Below are positions 7,716 to 16,556 of a stretch of 64,000 bases of DNA, piece by piece. The translations under genes and the position numbers were made by a program. Origin of the DNA: a virus; the IMG/VR virus record IMGVR_UViG_3300046779_002131, positions 1-64,000 of that record, one strand, 5' to 3'. Below the pieces are notes generated by a model, which had not been told where the DNA came from, did not search any database, and was given only the letters and a program-made list of their open reading frames with translations. The first letter of the stretch is position 1. Every line of letters starts with the position of its first letter.

Positions 7716-8584
7716 TAAGTACCCCAGGCATTGCGCCAAATGTCTACCTGTAATCGAGGGCTATATCTATAACCATGTTTCATGGCCAGCTCAGCTACCT
7801 GTTGCACATTGAAATTATACATGTCTGGGACACCACCTATTGGCATCAGGTATACCGGACCGCCAAAGCCTGACTTGCGATACTGGTACACAGCTTCTTT
7901 GGCATCTTCAACATCTTGTGAAGTGGCCACAACAAACTTAAGATAGGTCATACCTACCATTTCATAACTCTTGACAATTTCGGGACGTATAGCATCCTCC
8001 CACCGCTCACCAGAACATGGTAGTTTAGGACTCACACTAAAGGTCAGTCGATCGTAATCACGTCCATGACGTGTAAAATCTTCAAACAAATATTCTCTAA
8101 ATTCTTCCGACAAGAACTGTGTACCGTTGGTTTCAAAAGTAAGATTACGCAGTCCATTTACACGGCAACGATCTATTAAATCCGGATATGCACGTTGCCA
8201 ACCCAGCAAGGGCTCGCCCCCGGTTATAACCAAGTGTACATCATCACTGACGGGATCAGTTGACCATTTGTTATGTGGAATTAGGCCATGCATATGATCT
8301 ACAATACCTCGGACTTCCATCAACGGCGACAGATGTTTGAACTCAGGATGCCATGATGCGTAGCTGTCGCATCCAGTTGAAACTAGTGGTAATTCTTCAT
8401 ACTTCTTATAATCAGCAATATGTTCGGCAATTGCATCAGGTTCTGTTGTGCGTTCTCCGCGTGGAAGACCAAAGCCAGCACAGGTAAAGTTACAACCGAA
8501 AGTGCGCAAGAAAACACTGGGCACACCGGCCCAGCGTCCTTCACCTTGTAAGCTGTAAAATATTTCAGCTATTTTAATTTTCAT
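7715..8584 (-). CDS. queE: 7-carboxy-7-deazaguanine synthase (radical SAM)
   Basis: EIFYSLQGEG..GVPSVFLRTFGCNFTC, GCDS, ITGGEP, ETNG, SVSPK and YSPRLQ motifs. Confidence 0.9.
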   Translation of the reverse strand: MKIKIAEIFYSLQGEGRWAGVPSVFLRTFGCNFTCAGFGLPRGERTTEPDAIAEHIADYKKYEELPLVSTGCDSYASWHPEFKHLSPLMEVRGIVDHMHGLIPHNKWSTDPVSDDVHLVITGGEPLLGWQRAYPDLIDRCRVNGLRNLTFETNGTQFLSEEFREYLFEDFTRHGRDYDRLTFSVSPKLPCSGERWEDAIRPEIVKSYEMVGMTYLKFVVATSQDVEDAKEAVYQYRKSGFGGPVYLMPIGGVPDMYNFNVQQVAELAMKHGYRYSPRLQVDIWRNAWGT

Positions 8585-8585
8585 A

Positions 8586-8954
8586 TTAACTCTCAACAAA
8601 AGGTTTTAAATCAGGCGCTACCCATCCAAGAGGTTTTAGAACTTTACCATCTTCACGCTTACGCACCTTGCCTGTTTCTCGATCAATCTTGGCAAAGTTT
8701 GTGCTCATAACTTCTTTCCAAGCACCTTCGGCATCTGCGCCCATGCTATGGATAGCACCAATAGTAACAACAAGTATGTCAATCAGTGCATCAAGTGTTT
8801 CTACTTTATCATGGTTATTAATTGCAACACTAAGTTCATCTGCTTCTTCTTCGATTAATTTAAGATACATATTGAACTGTGTTTGATTAAATTCCTCTAC
8901 AGTCTGATCACAGGCCCGCATAAATTTTTCTTGGTCTCTAAACGGATTTGTCAT
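8586..8954 (-). CDS. MazG-like/all-alpha NTP pyrophosphohydrolase
   Basis: LIEEEADEL...DALIDILVV...SxNFAK...REDGKVLKP. Confidence 0.8.
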   Translation of the reverse strand: MTNPFRDQEKFMRACDQTVEEFNQTQFNMYLKLIEEEADELSVAINNHDKVETLDALIDILVVTIGAIHSMGADAEGAWKEVMSTNFAKIDRETGKVRKREDGKVLKPLGWVAPDLKPFVES

Positions 8955-9448
8955 TTAAGCCACCACTCTTCCCAGGGAAATACGACCCAGCTAGGATCGT
9001 TTAGTTTATTAATAGTGCGTCCAACATAGTTAACATCAACTTCTGAATTGCTTGACTCATTGTCAAACAAACAGGCCACACGAACATTGTTGCCCCAGAC
9101 ACTGTTCCAACGTTCGTCACGGGGATGACATCCACTGGGCCAATCTTGTTTAATCCAATTTAATGTATTACCAGTGTCGTTGATGTCGTCAACAATCAAA
9201 ATGCTTTTGCCGTTGAATGCATCTTCGGCTGCCCAGAGATTGCTTTCAGGATCACTGCCATCACGTAGACTTACATGCAAGGCATGCATGGGGATTGAGA
9301 GATATTGACTAATAAGATTAGCTGGTGTTAATCCACCCCGAGTGATGCCAAGAATGTATTCAGGACGCCAAGCATCACTTTGAATTTGTCTTAGAATCTC
9401 TTGTGTATAATTTTCAACGTCACGCCATGTCATGTAGATATGTTTCAT
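8951..9448 (-). CDS. type I phosphoribosyltransferase (purine PRT-like)
   Basis: GITRGGL; PRPP-binding ILIVDDINDTGNT; WVVFPWE. Confidence 0.85.
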   Translation of the reverse strand: MKHIYMTWRDVENYTQEILRQIQSDAWRPEYILGITRGGLTPANLISQYLSIPMHALHVSLRDGSDPESNLWAAEDAFNGKSILIVDDINDTGNTLNWIKQDWPSGCHPRDERWNSVWGNNVRVACLFDNESSNSEVDVNYVGRTINKLNDPSWVVFPWEEWWLK

Positions 9449-10226
9449 GTTTCCTCGCTTTGACCAATAAGTGCCATCCCAGATATTCTTTTACTGCATC
9501 ACGCATGGTTTCGGGCATGGCAGCGAACCAAGGTTCCAATTCAAACTTTCCTTGCTTGTACTCGGGTACATTATACATGAAACAGTGATCTTGTCGAATT
9601 CTTTCAACTCGAAACCACGGATCTAGCAACTGTGTAACTTCTTCTTTGGTAAAAGCTTCGGCATATGGGCATTCGGCTTGTGCTTCAAATTGATCCAGAC
9701 CTTTTTGAATCATAGCATATTTCCAAGAATTTTTGGCATAGACCATGAATCTGAATTCGCCATGATCGGTAAGCAACTCACTGATGCGTTTGATATGCGA
9801 TTCTATGTTTGGAAAGTGGTGCAACACACCATAGCTGTAAACTAGATCAAATTTGCCCAACCTTTCAAGTTCTTCCGGTACAGCTTCTAATAAATTCATT
9901 TCATAGAACTTACCATGCAGATCTAGAACTTTGAATCTCTGTAAAGATAATGCAATGCTGTCTTTGCTGATGTCTATGCCTACATATTCGGCTCCATGAC
10001 GAGCAAATTGTTCGGCATCGGTGCCAATACCACAACCAATTTCTAACACACGTCGACCACGCCAACGATGAAAGCCAGCAAAGTCTAGGATATGTGGCTC
10101 GGCACGATAACGCTTGGTTGTAACTTCATCAAAGTATTCCACTGTGCCTAGAGGCTGTTGACTATGATTGACATTGCAGGGTTGGCGATTCCAGTAGTCT
10201 TGTATTTTCCATTCTAGATCATCCAT
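9420..10226 (-). CDS. class I SAM-dependent methyltransferase
   Basis: VLEIGCGIG, GIDIS and FDLVYSYGVLHH. Confidence 0.88.
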   Translation of the reverse strand: MDDLEWKIQDYWNRQPCNVNHSQQPLGTVEYFDEVTTKRYRAEPHILDFAGFHRWRGRRVLEIGCGIGTDAEQFARHGAEYVGIDISKDSIALSLQRFKVLDLHGKFYEMNLLEAVPEELERLGKFDLVYSYGVLHHFPNIESHIKRISELLTDHGEFRFMVYAKNSWKYAMIQKGLDQFEAQAECPYAEAFTKEEVTQLLDPWFRVERIRQDHCFMYNVPEYKQGKFELEPWFAAMPETMRDAVKEYLGWHLLVKARKHETYLHDMA

Positions 10227-11052
10227 AATACTTCCTTGACGTTGTCATTTGCTTATTGGGGTCATTGGCCTCCATTTTGACCCAGGGATCCTGTTTGCCA
10301 AGTTTGACATTGACCCAGAAGCTCATATCAATTCCTTTGTTTGCCAAATACAATGCCAGTTTTTCAGTGTCATTGATACGTTTGGCATGCCACTTGTCAC
10401 TGTGAAAATCTTCGGGATTGTTGGGTTGATTTTCCAACATCGGGCGATTGCGAAAAGTCTCATCACCGTTGTTTCCGGTTAAGTCGTAACGATCATGTTC
10501 GACCCATACTGGAATACGTTCAAGAACATCCAACATGTAACTGACTTGACTGATCCATGCATCACTAATTTGATGTGGGCTAAGATAGCCAAACACGTCC
10601 AACCATTCACGTGGTACAATGGGAAAGATACTGTAAGGGTGTTCGCGATGTGTGTGAACAGCAAGACATCGGAATTGTCCTTGATACTTCATGATTTCTT
10701 GATCCCAGTTTTGACTTTCCATCACAGCATCGTCGTTCCAAAACATTAACCAAGCTGAATCACTTTGTCGAGCTAGTTCACTTACATACTCGTTGAGTCT
10801 AATATACCCCATGGGCTCAAACATCAATGCAGTGTATTGAACCTTGCGATCATCAAGTATGGGCTTGAGCGATGTGCGCCAGTGCTCTAAGCCCACGGTG
10901 TCATCTTGATCAAATCCCAATAAAATTTGAATACGGCTGATGTCTCTAACACGGTTAACTAGACTAAGGACACTGCGAGTCAAGGCCATGGTACGGCCTC
11001 GTGTGGGTAGCAATACTGCTACATCAAATTGATGATTGTGTGTGGTCTCCAT
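10219..11052 (-). CDS. GT-A (GT2-like) glycosyltransferase
   Basis: VLLPTRGR, DQDD and WNDD (DxD-like). Confidence 0.7.
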   Translation of the reverse strand: METTHNHQFDVAVLLPTRGRTMALTRSVLSLVNRVRDISRIQILLGFDQDDTVGLEHWRTSLKPILDDRKVQYTALMFEPMGYIRLNEYVSELARQSDSAWLMFWNDDAVMESQNWDQEIMKYQGQFRCLAVHTHREHPYSIFPIVPREWLDVFGYLSPHQISDAWISQVSYMLDVLERIPVWVEHDRYDLTGNNGDETFRNRPMLENQPNNPEDFHSDKWHAKRINDTEKLALYLANKGIDMSFWVNVKLGKQDPWVKMEANDPNKQMTTSRKYYG

Positions 11053-11308
11053 TATTTTCTATTCCAAAATGTTGTTTAATTTTATCTGCATAGGTGCTGG
11101 CAGGTTCACGATGCAGTACAGCATCTTCTACAATACCTATACATTCTTTGACAATTGATTCAGCAAAGCGACTAGCAACAGCATTCCATAAATCATGATG
11201 GTAAATGCTAAAGTTAGCTCTGGCTGCTAGGTGATCAAACAGTGTGGGGTTTTCTGGCAATAATATATTATAATATACTTCGTCAAACTCTGGAAAGTCA
11301 CTGTCCAT
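11024..11308 (-). CDS. hypothetical protein, MNERI-family C-terminus
   Basis: FAESIVKEC...IKQHFGIE. Confidence 0.55.
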   Translation of the reverse strand: MDSDFPEFDEVYYNILLPENPTLFDHLAARANFSIYHHDLWNAVASRFAESIVKECIGIVEDAVLHREPASTYADKIKQHFGIENNGDHTQSSI

Positions 11309-11573
11309 GTAAATCTTTCTCCATAAATTCATACCGACATCTTGGGCAGACATATTTTGTAAATACTGAGATACCACCACGATATTCCACATGTACGTCG
11401 GTGTTGGTTACTGCGCCACAGTTTATACATGGCACACGTTCTTGTTGCATTTCTAAAACTCTTGCCACGGTATCAGGGTGCGGATCGGCGATCACAGACT
11501 GTTGCTTTTCTTCTTCAACTTTTTCGGCGTCCCGCATCGCTATATACATATCATACGCACTCAAGGATTTCAT
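11298..11573 (-). CDS. zinc-ribbon hypothetical protein
   Basis: CINC and CPRC pairs. Confidence 0.6.
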   Translation of the reverse strand: MKSLSAYDMYIAMRDAEKVEEEKQQSVIADPHPDTVARVLEMQQERVPCINCGAVTNTDVHVEYRGGISVFTKYVCPRCRYEFMEKDLHGQ

Positions 11574-11758
11574 TCAATACCAAAATGTTGTCTTATATGT
11601 TTTCTACCATCTTCGTGTGGGCAGGCCCTAATACAGGCCTGTACAATTGATTTGGCAAAAATTTGATTGTACTCAGCAACCCACTCGTCAACACCAAGTA
11701 TGCCCTTTGGTACGAGATTCTTGGCTTGATCAGCAAGGTCTTGAATTTGTTTGTTCAT
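11570..11758 (-). CDS. MNERI-family small protein
   Basis: MNKQIQDLA...FAKSIVQAC...IRQHFGIE. Confidence 0.65.
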   Translation of the reverse strand: MNKQIQDLADQAKNLVPKGILGVDEWVAEYNQIFAKSIVQACIRACPHEDGRKHIRQHFGIE

Positions 11759-11913
11759 TCTTTCACCATCTCCATTTTCACATCGGTTATGTTATAGTCA
11801 GCCGGAATAATTCCATTGTCTACTGCTTGTTCGAGCAACTTAAATCTGTCCTCTGTGTTAGCCACTCCCACATAAGTGTCACCCACTGTTATTTTCCATA
11901 CATACCCGTTCAT
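11755..11913 (-). CDS. small hypothetical protein, 52 aa (MNGYVWKITV...)
   Basis: ATGA overlaps at both ends. Confidence 0.55.
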   Translation of the reverse strand: MNGYVWKITVGDTYVGVANTEDRFKLLEQAVDNGIIPADYNITDVKMEMVKE

Positions 11914-12125
11914 TCTTCAACTCCTAAAAATGTTCGATGCAATGCTTCAAGATAATCGTCTGTGCCCTGGTGCAGATTACCGTTGTCAATACGATCGTAA
12001 ATGCTTGCACACTCTCTCACAATTAACTGGGCAAATCTCTCAATAAATTGTGTTTGACTATCCCATGAATCGTCGGAATCTTCTCTTGCCGCCTGAAGCC
12101 AAAGGTCTTGAATTCGTTCGTTCAT
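11910..12125 (-). CDS. MNERI-family small protein
   Basis: MNERIQDL...FAQLIVREC...FLGVEE. Confidence 0.65.
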   Translation of the reverse strand: MNERIQDLWLQAAREDSDDSWDSQTQFIERFAQLIVRECASIYDRIDNGNLHQGTDDYLEALHRTFLGVEE

Positions 12126-12403
12126 TCTTTAACTCCGAAATGATCTCGAATCTTGTCAATACAATCATCGGCACCGGCAAGATCAACTTGGTCGCATAAA
12201 AATAAACATTGCTTTACAGTTTCCTTAATGCCATCTGATTGTCCGGCGATATAACCTGCACTGAAATGTCGAGCTTCAATATCTTTTTCTAGCAGCTGAG
12301 CGAACCGTTCAATACTATTTCTGTAGATATGGCCGTTATAAGCTGAATCATTGGGTAACTCTATTCCAGCTTGTTTGGCAAGTTCTCGAATTCGTTCGTT
12401 CAT
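12122..12403 (-). CDS. MNERI-family small protein
   Basis: MNERIRELA...FAQLL...IRDHFGVKE. Confidence 0.65.
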   Translation of the reverse strand: MNERIRELAKQAGIELPNDSAYNGHIYRNSIERFAQLLEKDIEARHFSAGYIAGQSDGIKETVKQCLFLCDQVDLAGADDCIDKIRDHFGVKE

Positions 12404-12915
12404 GCAAATAAGTCCTCGTTCCATTCACGATGTCCTTCGCGGAACGCCATGTTTGATTGTGTTTCTCTTACTTCTACACGATAGCACCATAGACGTTCTG
12501 CTTCACCTGGTCCCCACATTTCAGGAATATAAACTCCGTTAACATACTTGTAAAGCATGTCAGCAAGACCTTCGCAACCAAGTCTAGGTAGTACAACAAT
12601 CTTGGCCATGTTCTTTTCTTGTAACAGTTTGAATGTCTCCAACTCTGGATCATCTTGTGCTACAATTAACGTGTGGTCAAATTGGTCTTCTAAGATCTTC
12701 TTGAGCTCTTTGAGACCGCCGTAGTCGGCAGCCCAGTTACGCACATCCAAATCGTCTGTGCCAAAGTAAAACTTCATGCTAAATGAATAGCCATGGATTA
12801 AATTACAGTGACTGTCAGCACGCCATTGTCTATACGCACATGGAAACGCATCGTGGTATTCTTTTGTACTGGTGTATTTGTAAACTCTTGTTGGGTATGT
12901 TTCTGTTAGATACAT
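12400..12915 (-). CDS. queD: 6-carboxy-5,6,7,8-tetrahydropterin synthase
   Basis: CNLIHGYS (CxxxHGH-like), FDH, GCEGLA and VRET motifs. Confidence 0.85.
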   Translation of the reverse strand: MYLTETYPTRVYKYTSTKEYHDAFPCAYRQWRADSHCNLIHGYSFSMKFYFGTDDLDVRNWAADYGGLKELKKILEDQFDHTLIVAQDDPELETFKLLQEKNMAKIVVLPRLGCEGLADMLYKYVNGVYIPEMWGPGEAERLWCYRVEVRETQSNMAFREGHREWNEDLFA

Positions 12916-12993
12916 CTATTTCTCCTATGTTAAAGTATAGCATAGGCTTGCAGAATTTGTAAAGCGGGATGAATGCCGGAAAGGCCGCTGTTG
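12916..12993 (-). promoter_or_regulatory. structured 5' UTR of queD with SD-sequestering hairpin
   Basis: AGCGG/CCGCT stem, then CCTATG/CATAGG hairpin overlapping the SD AGGAGA. Confidence 0.45.
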
Positions 12994-13794
12994 TCAGGCG
13001 TAGTCTGACAGTATAGTAATACCTAATTTATCTAGTACACCGCTGCTGGCGCAGTGTAATTGGTTACGCGGAAAAGTAATAACATCGCCAGGATTCCATT
13101 CCACATATTCTTCAAACACCAAACCGTGTAGATCTTCGGCTGGAATGTGACGGCAATACTTTTGTCTTAGATCTTCAGAAAAAGGTTGATTGTTGGAGTT
13201 TTTCACTACCGAATAATCACTTATATAAATGTTTCTAGGTTGATATCCGTGTTGCTGATCCCTAGTCACAACCAAATCTTCTAATGTGTCAAGTATGTCA
13301 GCATCAAAATTAGTTTCTTGTCCTGATTCAAGTTGTTGTTTGAGTACGCGAATATCTTCAACATACTCAGTATCACCGTGCCGATTTACTAGCTTATATT
13401 TAAATCTATTAAACGGCTCTTTGGTAAACTTAGCACACTGGCCAGACCAGTAATTATCAAAGAACACAGTACCACAGGGTCCGCTGGTAGTTAGTGGAAT
13501 AAGCGTTACTTGGTAAGCAGGTTGTTTATCAAGACCATAGCCAGTATCAGTATGCACACCCCATTGATGAGTCACAGTACGACAAAATTCTGTGTATTCC
13601 ACATGCCAAGGTTTTTCATGCACCTGATCCAAAATATTGGCCAAAATTTCCTGTGGCCAATCACCACCGTCCCAGACTGGACTTTTTGTGACCACGTCAG
13701 GCCTGGGATCTAGATATCGATCTTCGACTCGAAAGTATTCAACTAATTGTTGAACCGTTGATTGCGGAATTAACCCCTTATGCACTGTTACCAT
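12994..13794 (-). CDS. putative 2OG-Fe(II) dioxygenase-like protein
   Basis: VHTD (HxD) and distal FPRNQLHC His. Confidence 0.5.
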   Translation of the reverse strand: MVTVHKGLIPQSTVQQLVEYFRVEDRYLDPRPDVVTKSPVWDGGDWPQEILANILDQVHEKPWHVEYTEFCRTVTHQWGVHTDTGYGLDKQPAYQVTLIPLTTSGPCGTVFFDNYWSGQCAKFTKEPFNRFKYKLVNRHGDTEYVEDIRVLKQQLESGQETNFDADILDTLEDLVVTRDQQHGYQPRNIYISDYSVVKNSNNQPFSEDLRQKYCRHIPAEDLHGLVFEEYVEWNPGDVITFPRNQLHCASSGVLDKLGITILSDYA

Positions 13795-13795
13795 T

Positions 13796-14185
13796 CTAAT
13801 ACCTTTTTGTCATCACTGCCCACCCCAGACGAGATCTAGGGGTATTTTTTCTATACTGTATCCATATATATCCATTTTCATCAATGCCCTGGATAAACCT
13901 GTGATAGTCGTCTCTATAGCATCGATTCTTTTTTTGTGCTAACCACGACCAAGGATGTTCAGGCTCGCGTTCGTGTTTGGCCTTCAAAGGATTTTTTAAT
14001 ATGTCAACAAGTGCGTAGTTTCGAATCTCTGATTCAGTGATGGGGATAAATTCTGCTGAATCATACAGCAAAGGCACAGCCGGAGCCATTTGGTGATCAA
14101 AATCGTATTCTCGTACTATGATTTCTCGGCGTAGTAATTTAGTCACACCAGTCATCGCTTTCCATGTAAGCAGCGGCCTGACCAC
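13796..14185 (-). CDS. hypothetical protein
   Basis: ORF; start uncertain. Confidence 0.55.
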   Translation of the reverse strand: MVRPLLTWKAMTGVTKLLRREIIVREYDFDHQMAPAVPLLYDSAEFIPITESEIRNYALVDILKNPLKAKHEREPEHPWSWLAQKKNRCYRDDYHRFIQGIDENGYIWIQYRKNTPRSRLGWAVMTKRY

Positions 14186-14366
14186 GTGCAGATTCTAGGC
14201 TTTCGGCGATGATGGTTAGAGTAGCAACACCGTTCTTGATATGAATATCAAACGGAACACGGCCCATGGGCAACCAACCATCGTCAACACGCACACGAAC
14301 ACTGTAGCTACGCATTTTCTGAGCCTGTGCAATGAGTTCTTGTGTATATTCGGCTGCGGTCTTCAT
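14139..14366 (-). CDS. hypothetical protein
   Basis: ORF abutting the upstream stop. Confidence 0.6.
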   Translation of the reverse strand: MKTAAEYTQELIAQAQKMRSYSVRVRVDDGWLPMGRVPFDIHIKNGVATLTIIAESLESARGQAAAYMESDDWCD

Positions 14367-14582
14367 TTAACTGTCTCGTTCCATCTCGGCAGCTTCGCGA
14401 ACCAACTCAACTAGTTCGTCAACTGTTTTAACCATAATTTTAGCATTGGCCCATTCATTGGATTGATCCCTGCCACCAATTTCTACCATGAATCCATTGT
14501 CATACATGTTGACAGTGAAGCTTTCATTGACTTTGGCTAGCTTGTCACTGATTTGATTAACACTTGTTTTGGTTAAGACCAT
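14367..14582 (-). CDS. hypothetical protein (MVLTKTSV...)
   Basis: SD AAGGA before ATG at 14582. Confidence 0.65.
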   Translation of the reverse strand: MVLTKTSVNQISDKLAKVNESFTVNMYDNGFMVEIGGRDQSNEWANAKIMVKTVDELVELVREAAEMERDS

Positions 14583-14602
14583 AAAAATTTTCCTTATAAA
14601 AG

Positions 14603-14902
14603 TTAACACATTGACCCACCAAGTCCGGTAGGACAATCTGCTGTAGTACAAACATAGCCCATGGGTCTTGCAAATTCTATACCGCATTGTGGGCATTTAT
14701 TTGTTGGTGGAGTATACGGTGAAGAATACTTTGGAGGCTCATACACTTCGGGAACATCAGCCCAATCCGTCCATTGATAGTTGGCAGTTTCAATGATCTT
14801 CATATTTGACCACATACCAGCACGTACAGTAGTATCAATCTTTTGACGATACTGTAGTGTTCTCGGTTTAGTGTTTGAAGAATACCAACGCAATTCAATC
14901 AT
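14603..14902 (-). CDS. hypothetical protein with C-terminal Cys cluster
   Basis: CPQC...C..C. Confidence 0.6.
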   Translation of the reverse strand: MIELRWYSSNTKPRTLQYRQKIDTTVRAGMWSNMKIIETANYQWTDWADVPEVYEPPKYSSPYTPPTNKCPQCGIEFARPMGYVCTTADCPTGLGGSMC

Positions 14903-15434
14903 TGCTATTCTCTTCTTTGGTTGGAGTATCAGGGAAAGGCCATACTGCCTTGGGTTTTTCTTTATTACCTATGCCTTCTTGAAAAACATCTTGAAGTTCA
15001 TCGGTAATCTCTGCCTGCTCCCATTCTTTATTATTTTCATTTGGTACTATTTCCAATGGACCATGGAACCAACATTCAGTCTCATAAGCATCCCATCCAT
15101 CTTCTTCCCAACCGCCGTACCCATCTTCTTCCCACAGCTCAAGAAGTCTATCACGCTCTTCTTCTTCCATGTCGTCGGGCCATATGAAATCTTCATACCA
15201 TCCATCAGATAGATTATCTAGTTCCCAATTATACTCAGTGTTATACATATCAACACCGTCGGCACCGGGTCCGTCGGTTTGGTCTAAAACAGGAGGATCG
15301 TCACCGTCGGTTTCGATTAAAACTGTACCCCAACGAAAACCAGTAACACGGCGAATGACCCAATCATCCTTTTGCCATAGTTCGTGTTCGTATACGGATT
15401 TTTTATCTTGGGTTGATACTTTCCACCATGTCAT
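14895..15434 (-). CDS. acidic hypothetical protein
   Basis: ORF, Asp/Glu/Trp rich; shares a W-G-x-G/acidic pattern with 23080..23559. Confidence 0.7.
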   Translation of the reverse strand: MTWWKVSTQDKKSVYEHELWQKDDWVIRRVTGFRWGTVLIETDGDDPPVLDQTDGPGADGVDMYNTEYNWELDNLSDGWYEDFIWPDDMEEEERDRLLELWEEDGYGGWEEDGWDAYETECWFHGPLEIVPNENNKEWEQAEITDELQDVFQEGIGNKEKPKAVWPFPDTPTKEENSND

Positions 15435-15607
15435 ACTACCTCCTCGGCAATGCCTAAAATTTCAGCTAAGATTAATAAGCCGCCAGCATGCCATAGTAAA
15501 CCATAGCATAAAAATGCACCGGCAAAAATACGCATTCCACTTTTTACAAAACTGATATACTTGTGTTTGACCGGATCAGGGTACCGGTATTCTGTTTCAT
15601 CACTCAT
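15431..15607 (-). CDS. small membrane protein
   Basis: Hydrophobic C-terminal half ending AEILGIAEE. Confidence 0.6.
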   Translation of the reverse strand: MSDETEYRYPDPVKHKYISFVKSGMRIFAGAFLCYGLLWHAGGLLILAEILGIAEEVV

Positions 15608-15608
15608 G

Positions 15609-15884
15609 TTATTTTCCAAACAATCCTTTCTTCTTTGGTGGTGGGGTGGGTGGTTTCTTGGGCGGTGGCTCTTCTTTCTTTGGTGGAGCCGGCTCAAGCA
15701 TTTTTTTAAACAGTAAAATTACTCTATCCTTTTCGCGTTCGGAAATGATCCTAACAGCCGCTAACTTACCTTCATAACTTTTAGCATCATCTAAAAATCC
15801 CTCGGGTACTGCTAGTTTTTTTTTCTTGGGTTTTAATGCATTTAATTTCTTTTTAAACTCTTCTGGGTTGTCTTCTACGGACAT
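15609..15884 (-). CDS. Lys/Pro-rich hypothetical protein
   Basis: ORF with SD-like AGGGA. Confidence 0.6.
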   Translation of the reverse strand: MSVEDNPEEFKKKLNALKPKKKKLAVPEGFLDDAKSYEGKLAAVRIISEREKDRVILLFKKMLEPAPPKKEEPPPKKPPTPPPKKKGLFGK

Positions 15885-15929
15885 GATTTTGTATCCCTAT
15901 ATTATGTAGGAGAACCTACATAGTATATA

Positions 15930-16115
15930 TCAACCCCACTTTAATAAAAATGCTGTAGCATCTGATTTCAAAGAAAATCTAAAAACTCCTTCGGTATCAT
16001 AGGCCCAGGTGCCCTGACAATTGGCACGACACCAATCCATACAAGGTGACCATCCTTGGTACACTTTAGTTTTGGGCGCAGCGACACTGACTGTTATTGT
16101 CATTAGCCGCCCCAC
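15930..16115 (-). CDS. small hypothetical protein (FLLKW family)
   Basis: WC...ATAFLLKWG. Confidence 0.55.
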   Translation of the reverse strand: MGRLMTITVSVAAPKTKVYQGWSPCMDWCRANCQGTWAYDTEGVFRFSLKSDATAFLLKWG

Positions 16116-16300
16116 TTCAATGCAAAAAGCGTGGCATCATCGCGACGTTTGAAAACAAAATATAAACCGTTGTTTCGCCAATTGCCACTTTTAAAGTTAT
16201 CATAACAAAAACATTCCAATCTTTGTCGTTGACTCCAAGCATCGGGTTCGGGCAACATGCGAAATTGATGAGGCCAATAACGTTTATTGTATGTCTGCAC
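16103..16300 (-). CDS. small hypothetical protein (FLLKW family)
   Basis: FC...ATLFALKWG. Confidence 0.55.
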   Translation of the reverse strand: MQTYNKRYWPHQFRMLPEPDAWSQRQRLECFCYDNFKSGNWRNNGLYFVFKRRDDATLFALKWGG

Positions 16301-16526
16301 GATCCCACCTTAACAAAAACATTGTTAGTTCACTACGGTTCCGAAACCAAAATTGATCAAACGCCATTCTGCGACCACATGCGTTGGCGTCACACCACTG
16401 TTGTACAGGCAATATGTGTTCATCGCGTAGTCCAGTGGGAGTAATAGCACCATGGGAATATTCTAATGTAACTAGCAATTTCAATGGGCGAAACTCAATC
16501 CAAAGGAGTTTGATATTTGGTTCCAT
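16284..16526 (-). CDS. small hypothetical protein (FLLKW family)
   Basis: WC...LTMFLLRWD; downstream of a TTGACA-N17-AATAAT promoter (16532..16560). Confidence 0.55.
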   Translation of the reverse strand: MEPNIKLLWIEFRPLKLLVTLEYSHGAITPTGLRDEHILPVQQWCDANACGRRMAFDQFWFRNRSELTMFLLRWDRADIQ

Positions 16527-16556
16527 GATGTATTATTGCACGAAATAAATTCTGTG

